From assembly GCA_034435055.1 (NCBI GenBank), contig DAOTXS010000024.1, positions 342 to 64,341 on the forward strand: a stretch of 64,000 nt of DNA, in the 5' to 3' direction. The translations under genes were made by a program, and so were the position numbers. The notes under the pieces are model-generated. The model was not told where the DNA came from and did no database searches. It saw only the letters and a list, made by a program, of their open reading frames with translations. Position 1 is the first letter of the stretch, and every line of letters starts with the position of its first letter. Below are positions 57,349-64,000 of the stretch, piece by piece. The DNA is from Anaerolineae bacterium. GTDB lineage: Bacteria; Chloroflexota; Anaerolineae; UBA4142.

Positions 57349-58101
57349 TCATTTCTGTTGAAAAGTTATTTTCCAGCCGCGCGGCGTTGCGCGTTCGTTT
57401 CGACAATTTGCCGGCGCGGGTCCAATCACCAGATCGGACACGGTTTCGGCTTCTGCGCCCAGAATCGTAATCGCGTATTTTCCCGGCGCGGCTTCGTAAT
57501 CGGCGAAACCGACGCCGCGTTCCGGCTTGAGGCCGGTGTAAATTGTTTCGAGCGTGTCCGCACTTCGAATTTCAATCCCGATGTTTGGCATATCATTGCC
57601 GGCGGCATCGCGGACGATGACGTACAAATGCGCCGTGTCTGGTTCTTCCACGCAACTCAGCAGTTTGTGTTCGACCACGCGATACATCAGCGATTGCGCG
57701 GCTGGCGTGGCGACGACGAAAACCGGCACGGGCGTTGGCGCGCCAGGCGCCGGACGCGCGGCTGTGTAGGGCAGTTTTAGTCCGAGCGCTTGTCCCAGGT
57801 GAATGAGTGCATCTTGCGTCAGTGAGTTATCGGAACCGGATTTCGCAATCAAATCATCGAAGGTTTTGGTCTCATTCGCCAGGTGCAATGCTTGGAGCCG
57901 GCGGCGCGCGGTACTTTGATCGCCGCTCAATTCATACGCCGCGCTGATCATTCGAACGTAATCGTCTTTGAGTGCTGGACGTAAATCCGCGGGATCAGCG
58001 TTTTGAAATTCGACGGGTGCCACCAGCCACGCGATACTCAAGCCCAGCGTAATGCCAATTGCCAAACCGAGTAATCCCGCGCCGATTAGCGGACCTCGCA
58101 C
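57349..58101 (-). CDS. Membrane-anchored hypothetical protein with C-terminal beta-sandwich
   Basis: N-terminal TM, helical domain, PTP linker, YVIVRDAAG..TGLKPERG. Confidence 0.75.
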   Translation of the reverse strand: MRGPLIGAGLLGLAIGITLGLSIAWLVAPVEFQNADPADLRPALKDDYVRMISAAYELSGDQSTARRRLQALHLANETKTFDDLIAKSGSDNSLTQDALIHLGQALGLKLPYTAARPAPGAPTPVPVFVVATPAAQSLMYRVVEHKLLSCVEEPDTAHLYVIVRDAAGNDMPNIGIEIRSADTLETIYTGLKPERGVGFADYEAAPGKYAITILGAEAETVSDLVIGPAPANCRNERATPRGWKITFQQK

Positions 58102-58275
58102 GAATCCCGAGTTGCTCGCAAAAATGAGATCGTCTCCGTTCGACTCCTGATGCTTGTGTTACAACACGTTCCGCCCGTTGGTTCGGAACATGGCTAAAGA
58201 TGATGAAAAACGAGGATAAAGAATTAGGTGGTCTGGATACTCAAATGATGATATAATAATTATCGTTGGCTCGTG

Positions 58276-58360
58276 TGCCGAAGGAGGGAATCGAACCCAC
58301 AAGAGCGTTTAGCTCACACGATTTTGAGTCGTGCGCGTCTGCCAGTTCCGCCACTTCGGC
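58276..58360 (-). tRNA. tRNA-Leu(CAA); CCA not encoded
   Basis: GCCGAAG/CUUCGGC acceptor, CACGA-CUCAAAA-UCGUG anticodon arm, long variable arm, UUCGAUU T-loop. Confidence 0.95.
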
Positions 58361-58465
58361 TTACGCCTCCAAGTATAGTGTAAACGGCAAGATAAGTCAA
58401 ATTAAAATAATGACCGAATGAGCCAATTTTTATGAAAAGTCGCAAGTTTTACGCATAAACTTCCA

Positions 58466-59068
58466 ATGGACGAGCAGGCATTTATTCGCGCGGCGCAAAA
58501 AGGCGATGTCGCCGCATTCAATCAATTGGTGCGCGCGTATCAAGCGCAAGTCTATCGAACCGCGTATCGCGTGATGGGCGATCAAGCGGCGGCGGAAGAC
58601 GCAACGCAAGATGCGTTCATCTCTGCGTTCAAACATATTCGCGCGTACCGCGGCGGTTCGTTCAAAGCGTGGTTACTTCGCATCGTGACGAATGCGTGTT
58701 ACGATCAGTTGCGCGTCAAGCAACGCCGCCCCACCGCTTCACTCGATGCGATGTTGATCGACCCGGATAATCCGGCGCCGGGTGCAGAGCGCGCCGCGCT
58801 GGAATCGCCACACGATGTCGCGGAACGTCACGAGCTTGGCGCGACGATTCAAGCCGGCTTGTCAACGCTTCCCGCCGATCAACGAATGACGCTCGTTTTG
58901 GTCGACATCGAAGGATTGAGTTACGACCAAGTGGCGGACGCGATGCAAACGAATGTTGGCACGGTGAAATCGCGGCTCAGCCGCGCGCGCTTGGCGATGC
59001 GCGATTTTCTGACGAAGCAAGTGGAACTTGTGCCCGCCCGCTATCGTCTAAAGAGTGAGCGAGATTAG
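58466..59068 (+). CDS. ECF sigma factor
   Basis: AEDATQDAF, SFKAWLLRIVTN, GTVKSRLSRAR. Confidence 0.95.
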   Translation: MDEQAFIRAAQKGDVAAFNQLVRAYQAQVYRTAYRVMGDQAAAEDATQDAFISAFKHIRAYRGGSFKAWLLRIVTNACYDQLRVKQRRPTASLDAMLIDPDNPAPGAERAALESPHDVAERHELGATIQAGLSTLPADQRMTLVLVDIEGLSYDQVADAMQTNVGTVKSRLSRARLAMRDFLTKQVELVPARYRLKSERD

Positions 59069-59069
59069 A

Positions 59070-59927
59070 ATGTTCGGTCAAAAAAATTCCGAATTGCATA
59101 CGTGGGTCGAAGAACGCTTGTCCGATTTCATCGACAATCAACTTGCGCTGGCGGAACGCGCGCGCGTGGAAAATCATCTTGCCGATTGCGCGCAATGCCG
59201 CGCGTCGTTGGAATCGATGCGTTGGACGATTGCGCTCATCAAGCAAGCGCCCGCGCCGGCGACGAATCGATCATTCGTGTTGCCGGTGCCGCCGCGGCGC
59301 GAGCCATCGTCATTTGCGTTTGGATTCGCCCGGTTCGCCACCGCGCTTGCAACGTTGTTGTTGTTCGCGGTGATCGGCGTCGATTTGCTCACACAATTTG
59401 GTGGGGCATCTTCATCCGCGCCGGCGGCAATGCGCGAAAGTGCGGCAACCCAATCGATTGCCTTCGCGCCGACCAAAGCGCCAGAACCAACTTCAGAACC
59501 CAAACCAGTTGGAGCAATGTCGTCCGCCGCGCCGTTGCCGCCCGCACCCGCCGCAGTTCCACCCGCCGCACCAACTGCAACCGCGGTCTTTCGTTCATCC
59601 GAAGTTTCGCCCACGCAATCCGCCGCGGATATGACGCAAAAATCAAATGCCACGCAACCGACGCAACAACCGGCAATGCGCGGTGCCGTGGCAATCACAG
59701 CAACGGTAACTGCTACCGCGACTGTTACGCCAACCCAAACCGCTACGCCCTTGCCGCCCACCGCGACACCATCGCCAACATTCACACCAACACCGATGCC
59801 AGTTGCGCCGGCTGTTGCGCCAGCCCTGCCGATGTTTTCGCCCTTGCGAGTTGCGCAACTTGCCTTCTTGTTCGCGGCAATCTTCTTCGGCACGCTGACG
59901 TTGCTTTTATGGCGACAGAAAGGTTAA
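59070..59927 (+). CDS. ZAS (zf-HC2) anti-sigma factor
   Basis: HLADCAQC, TM, long A/T/P-rich region, second C-terminal TM. Confidence 0.88.
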   Translation: MFGQKNSELHTWVEERLSDFIDNQLALAERARVENHLADCAQCRASLESMRWTIALIKQAPAPATNRSFVLPVPPRREPSSFAFGFARFATALATLLLFAVIGVDLLTQFGGASSSAPAAMRESAATQSIAFAPTKAPEPTSEPKPVGAMSSAAPLPPAPAAVPPAAPTATAVFRSSEVSPTQSAADMTQKSNATQPTQQPAMRGAVAITATVTATATVTPTQTATPLPPTATPSPTFTPTPMPVAPAVAPALPMFSPLRVAQLAFLFAAIFFGTLTLLLWRQKG

Positions 59928-59975
59928 ATCAAAATGGCGCATCCCAAGTGGATGCGCCATTTTTCTTTTTGCGGG

Positions 59976-60533
59976 TCAGTCTTGAACCGCTTGCGCGAAT
60001 TTTTCCAACACGCGCGCCCAAAACGCTTTCATCCGATTTGCCGCGCGCGCGTTCGCAAGTTTACTGTGCTGAAGCATAACCTGGCTTTTCGTTTTACCTT
60101 TGGCGTAGAAATTGAAATCGACCCGGCTCTCGCTGTTCTTCCACGCCGCGCGCAGCGATTTGTTGCGCGTCGCTTTGCTGACGCTGAGCGATTTTGCCGG
60201 CAAAAATTTCGCACGCGCTTTTTCATCCGCCCACGCGGCGAATAACTTGGATACCGGCATATTCACGGTCTTGCTCGCACCGATTTGAAATCCTTCCGGC
60301 TTTTGATGTGCTTGACGTTTGCCGCGCGCTTGTTCGTATCCGACGGTGAGCATTTGTTGCCACCAATCGCCGACATTGTGTTTGGTGCGGAGATGCGCGA
60401 CGATTTGTTGGTGCGTCATCTTTTGCGCGCCAGCTTGATCCAGCAACGTGATCCACTCTGTCCACGTTTTGCCGGTTTTCTCGCGCACAGCGGAACTGCT
60501 GATTCCACCCACGCGCTCGTATTTGGTTTTCAT
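59976..60533 (-). CDS. DUF4287-like hypothetical protein
   Basis: VREKTGKTWTEW..H..GDWWQQMLTVGYE; SRPBCC-like C-terminal half. Confidence 0.7.
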   Translation of the reverse strand: MKTKYERVGGISSSAVREKTGKTWTEWITLLDQAGAQKMTHQQIVAHLRTKHNVGDWWQQMLTVGYEQARGKRQAHQKPEGFQIGASKTVNMPVSKLFAAWADEKARAKFLPAKSLSVSKATRNKSLRAAWKNSESRVDFNFYAKGKTKSQVMLQHSKLANARAANRMKAFWARVLEKFAQAVQD

Positions 60534-60539
60534 TCTCCC

Positions 60540-60911
60540 CTATCCTTTCACGTACGATAATTTTTCGGCGATGCGTCCCTCGCGAATTGTGTACACATCC
60601 ACGCCGCGAATATGGCCACGTTCGCCGCCGGTTTCCCAGCGATACCTCCATCGCATCACGCACCGATTGCCGGTGGCGAAGATCTCCTCGATTTCAAAAT
60701 GCGGCTTGTCCGCCGCGCGGAAAAAATCCTCCCAAAATTTGCGCACGTCGCGTTGTCCCTCGTAACGCGTGCCATCGGGTGCCGGAAAGGTATTTTCAAA
60801 AACGCAATCGTCAGTCATCAATTGCATCATTGTGTCAACATCGCGTGCGTTGAGTGCATCGTTGAAATCGGTGATGAGCCGAACGATGGCTTCGGGGGTA
60901 AGTGTTGGCAT
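60540..60911 (-). CDS. SnoaL/NTF2-like protein
   Basis: FNDALNARD, DDCVFE, GVDVYTIREGRIAE. Confidence 0.9.
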   Translation of the reverse strand: MPTLTPEAIVRLITDFNDALNARDVDTMMQLMTDDCVFENTFPAPDGTRYEGQRDVRKFWEDFFRAADKPHFEIEEIFATGNRCVMRWRYRWETGGERGHIRGVDVYTIREGRIAEKLSYVKG

Positions 60912-60921
60912 GGATCGATTA

Positions 60922-61182
60922 TCACAAAACGAACATTACGTTCTCTGTGGTGCTGAGTTCGTAATACAAACCGTCCAGCTGTTCACGGCTCTGCGCGGTA
61001 AATACAGTAGTGATCGAAATATATTTCCCGTCACGACTCAAGCGGCTGGAAATGTGACGCTCTTCCAATTCGGGGACGTGCCGGCGGACGATTTCGACGA
61101 CGATATTTTCTAACACGCCGGTATTTTTGCCAATTGTCTTGAGTGGAAATTGGCAGGGAAATTCTAAACCTTTTTGCTCCAT
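60922..61182 (-). CDS. YbeD/DUF493-family protein
   Basis: LEFPCQFPLKTIG..SRDGKYISIT..LYYELS..VMFVL. Confidence 0.9.
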   Translation of the reverse strand: MEQKGLEFPCQFPLKTIGKNTGVLENIVVEIVRRHVPELEERHISSRLSRDGKYISITTVFTAQSREQLDGLYYELSTTENVMFVL

Positions 61183-61193
61183 CTTCTTCCTCG

Positions 61194-61832
61194 TTATCTC
61201 AACAGCTCCTGCACGAGCGGACGCAAACCGTTGAAGAAAAATTCAACGGCAATTGCCATCACGATCAAACCCATCAGCCGCAGAAGAATTTTATTGCCGC
61301 TGGGTCCCAACGCGTGCGTGACTTGGCGCGCGCCGATGAGAAATATAAAAGCGAGCACCAAAACGGCGGAAATCGCAATCAACAAGGCAATTTGTTTCGC
61401 GGGATCGCCGGTTGCTTCGTTCATCAACACGATGACGGTGGCAATTGCGCCCGGTCCCGCAATCAGCGGAATGCCGAGCGGCGTGATTGCGATATCCTCG
61501 ATGTACTCACTCACCGATTCCTCATCCGATTTTGCGCGCGTCAAGCGTGCTTCCAACATTTCGTACCCCATCGCAAAAAAGATCACGCCGCCGACGATGC
61601 GCAGACTGTTGACCGAGATTCCAAAGAAATCGAAAATGAATCTGCCGGTCAATGCGAACAGCATCAGCACCAGCCACGCCGTCAGCGCCGCGCGCAATGC
61701 CACGCGTCGCGATTCCGGGTGCGATAACTTGGCGGTCATCGTTGTAAAGATCGGCAATGCACCAATCGGATCGATCATCGTAAAGAGCGAGACGAAAGAA
61801 AGTAAACCAAATTGCAAAGGTTCGGTGGTCAT
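61194..61832 (-). CDS. MarC-family membrane protein
   Basis: IDPIG, IVGGVI, IAITPLGIPLIAGPGAI, RLMGLI. Confidence 0.94.
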   Translation of the reverse strand: MTTEPLQFGLLSFVSLFTMIDPIGALPIFTTMTAKLSHPESRRVALRAALTAWLVLMLFALTGRFIFDFFGISVNSLRIVGGVIFFAMGYEMLEARLTRAKSDEESVSEYIEDIAITPLGIPLIAGPGAIATVIVLMNEATGDPAKQIALLIAISAVLVLAFIFLIGARQVTHALGPSGNKILLRLMGLIVMAIAVEFFFNGLRPLVQELLR

Positions 61833-61897
61833 TGGGCGGATTATACGCAGACGCGCACGCGTGGTCAACTGTCCGACGACTAGCCCAAAAAGGTTGG

Positions 61898-61925
61898 TTG
61901 ACAAACTTGCGGGTGTGATTATACT
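61898..61925 (+). promoter_or_regulatory. sigma70-type promoter of small ORF
   Basis: TTGACA - 16 nt - TATACT. Confidence 0.7.
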
Positions 61926-61980
61926 TGAATCACTCACGACGGTGTGGTCGGGCAATTAAATTTTTGACGGAGGAAATGGA

Positions 61981-62151
61981 ATGCCCAACACGTCACGTCC
62001 CAAACGCAAAGCCGGGAACAAAAAATCAACCGAGGACGGCAGTTCGCGCACGCTCGAAGATTTGTTAGAACAATTGCTTTCGATCCTGCGACCGCGGATG
62101 CCCGCGCGTGTGCCGGTGCGCAAGCCCGCATACCCACGTCGAATCCGATAA
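61981..62151 (+). CDS. Small basic protein, 56 aa (not in ORF track)
   Basis: GGAGGA RBS 6 nt before ATG; MPNTSRPKRKAGNKKSTEDGSSRTLEDLLEQLLSILRPRMPARVPVRKPAYPRRIR; own promoter and terminator. Confidence 0.7.
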   Translation: MPNTSRPKRKAGNKKSTEDGSSRTLEDLLEQLLSILRPRMPARVPVRKPAYPRRIR

Positions 62152-62159
62152 TCGTCCAG

Positions 62160-62198
62160 ACCTGTCAGTTTTCGCCCCCGCGAGCTGACAGGTTTTTT
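62160..62198 (+). terminator. Intrinsic terminator
   Basis: ACCTGTCAG/CTGACAGGT stem then TTTTT. Confidence 0.7.
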
Positions 62199-62275
62199 AT
62201 CGATTGCAAAAAAATTTTCTGTGGGTATAATCAAAATACTCTCATTTACCAACGCCTTTGCCAAAACCATATACT

Positions 62276-62336
62276 CCGCGAATCACAAAGCGCGCAAATG
62301 CAATCAAGAATTAGCGGACATTCGTGTGATTCGCGG
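62276..62336. repeat. Intergenic hairpin repeat
   Basis: CCGCGAATCAC/GTGATTCGCGG perfect 11-bp arms. Confidence 0.6.
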
Positions 62337-62389
62337 ATGGAAAAATGCGACTAGCCAATTTGGCAAAGGGACAGACTTGGAGAAAAAAG

Positions 62390-64000
62390 ATGCCTGCTGG
62401 TTATTATCGTTTCCCAACGATTGCCGGGAATTCCGTAGTGTTTGTGTGTGAAGATGATTTGTGGACGGTTGCTACTTCGGGAGGTGTCGCGCGCCGCTTG
62501 ACATCGAACCTGGGTGAAGCCACGCGTCCGATGCTTTCGCCGGATGGGACGCAACTGGCGTTTGTCGGATTTGAAGAAGGCGCGCCGGAAATTTTTCTGA
62601 TGCCGGCGCTCGGTGGGCAAGCCCAGCGCCTAACTTTTCTCGGCGGCGGGCTATGCCAAACCGTCGGCTGGCGCGATGGCAAAATTATTTTTGCGAACAA
62701 CGCCGGGCAACCGTTCAACGCGCTCTTGCATCTTTACATGGTCGATACCAACGGCAATCCGCCGGAACGTCTCAACATCGGTCCCGCGCGGACGATTTCG
62801 TATGGCGGGCGCGGCGCGGTCATCGGACGGAATACGGCAGACCCGGCACGCTGGAAACGTTATCGCGGCGGGACGACCGGGCAAATTTGGATCGATGAAA
62901 ACGGCGATGGCAATTTTGTCCCGCTGAAACTCGAAGGCAATCTTGCCGCGCCAATGTGGATTGGCGAGCGCATTTATTTCATCTCCGATCACGAAGGCAT
63001 TGGCAATTTATATTCATGCTTGCCAAACGGCAACGATGTCCAGCGCCACACGCATCACGCCGATTTCTACGCGCGCAATCCATCGACCGACGGCAAACGC
63101 ATTGTCTATCACGCCGGCGCGGATTTGTTCGTCTTTGACCCGGCGACGAACACAACCCAAATGATCCCGGTCGAATTTCATTCGCCGCAGACGCAACGCA
63201 ATCGCAAGTTTGTGTACGCCGGCAAATATCTGGAAGACGCAATGTTGCATCCGAATGGTCAAGCGATTGCGATTTCCGCGCGCGGCAAAATTTTCACGAT
63301 GGCAAACTGGGAAGGCGCGGTATTCCAACCCGGCGACGGTGACGGCGCGCGTTATCGTTTGCCGGCGTGGTTGAACGACGGCGAGCGTTTGATCGCCGTT
63401 ACCGATGCCGGCGGTGAAGAATCGTTTGTCCTGCTCCACGCCACCGCGAATAAAGAACCGGAACGTATCGAAGGTTTAGACATCGGTCGCCCGGTCGCCT
63501 TGGCCGTCAATCCTAAAAAGGACCAAATCGTTTTTACGAATCATCGCTACGAACTGCTGTGGCTCGATTTGACCAGCCGTGAGTTAAAAGTGATCGATGC
63601 CGGCTTGGCGCATCCCATCACCGGTTTCGATTGGTCGCCGGACGGCGCGTGGCTGGCGTACAGCGTTTCGATTTCACTCCAAGTCGATGTGTTGAAATTG
63701 TGGAAGTTGGAGACCGGCGAAAAATTTCAAATCACCAACCCGGTGCTGCGCGATGTTGCGCCCGCTTTCGATCCCAATGGCAAGTATTTGTATTTCTTAT
63801 CGTACCGCTATTTCAATCCGGTGTACGACAATCTGCACTTTGACCTGAACTTTCCGCGTGGAATGAAACCGTATCTCATTACCTTACAAAAAGATACCAC
63901 ATCGCCTTTTGTGCCTAAGCCGCGCGTGGACAAGAAAAAAGAGGACGCCGAAGAGAAGAAGGAAGACCAGCGCGAAGGTGAAGAAAAGAAAGAAGCAGAA
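62390..64000 (+). CDS. Tricorn protease (S41), 3'-truncated by window edge
   Basis: GYYRFPTI..VVFVCEDDLW, ARRLT, WKRYRGGTTGQIW, DWSPDG, FDPNGKYLYFLS; frame open to window end. Confidence 0.93.
   Translation, partial: MPAGYYRFPTIAGNSVVFVCEDDLWTVATSGGVARRLTSNLGEATRPMLSPDGTQLAFVGFEEGAPEIFLMPALGGQAQRLTFLGGGLCQTVGWRDGKIIFANNAGQPFNALLHLYMVDTNGNPPERLNIGPARTISYGGRGAVIGRNTADPARWKRYRGGTTGQIWIDENGDGNFVPLKLEGNLAAPMWIGERIYFISDHEGIGNLYSCLPNGNDVQRHTHHADFYARNPSTDGKRIVYHAGADLFVFDPATNTTQMIPVEFHSPQTQRNRKFVYAGKYLEDAMLHPNGQAIAISARGKIFTMANWEGAVFQPGDGDGARYRLPAWLNDGERLIAVTDAGGEESFVLLHATANKEPERIEGLDIGRPVALAVNPKKDQIVFTNHRYELLWLDLTSRELKVIDAGLAHPITGFDWSPDGAWLAYSVSISLQVDVLKLWKLETGEKFQITNPVLRDVAPAFDPNGKYLYFLSYRYFNPVYDNLHFDLNFPRGMKPYLITLQKDTTSPFVPKPRVDKKKEDAEEKKEDQREGEEKKEAE

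Noticed and set aside
58276-58360. tRNA-Leu(CAA) as an integration site
   Set aside because: No integrase, no duplicated tRNA 3' end and no compositional shift beside it.
59500-59830. ACn/CCn-rich periodic DNA in anti-sigma, kinase and cytochrome c genes
   Set aside because: Explained by Pro/Thr/Ala protein linkers rather than DNA repeats.
410-61959. Numerous long antisense or alternate-frame ORFs (e.g. 410-991, 4490-5335, 38477-39316, 55343-56647, 61174-61959)
   Set aside because: Shadows of well-supported genes, expected from GC-rich codon usage.
61956-62270. 104-aa minus-strand ORF upstream of marC
   Set aside because: Antisense to the better-supported 56-aa plus-strand ORF; no RBS or motif.

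Overview
64 kb of a moderately GC-rich bacterial chromosome. Gene content and the many Pro/Thr-rich linkers suggest Chloroflexota (Anaerolineae-like); this is inference. Left to right: pdxS/pdxT; a suf cluster (sufC-sufB-sufD-rhodanese-sufU-ferredoxin-sufT) with no sufS; hydrolases; then on the minus strand a tRNA split by a 694-nt group I intron carrying a frameshifted PD-(D/E)XK homing endonuclease, followed 4 nt later by RNase P RNA and a Cys-rich ORF. Next is a minus-strand complex I cluster holding only nuoA,E,H,J,K,L,M,N, interrupted by a GxxExxY nuclease cassette, a RAYT transposase, REP-like repeats and an AT-rich foreign gene. Then a csoR-copA copper operon, a Rieske/cytochrome b/di-heme cytochrome c operon, tsaE-tsaB-rimI, peptidases, an AT-rich islet with a DUF4160/DUF2442 pair beside rnz, a cyclase/two Ser-Thr kinase/4x cNMP-binding signalling cluster, tRNA-Leu(CAA), an ECF sigma/anti-sigma pair, a small unannotated ORF and the start of a tricorn protease. 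Best leads: (1) the group I intron, best read as tRNA-Lys(UUU) position 34/35, in a tRNA-rnpB unit; (2) the GxxExxY gene inside an inverted repeat whose empty copies occur elsewhere in the window; (3) the complex I cluster missing nuoB/C/D/F/G/I; (4) the suf operon with a rhodanese where sufS normally sits. No database searches were run; family calls rest on motif recognition.
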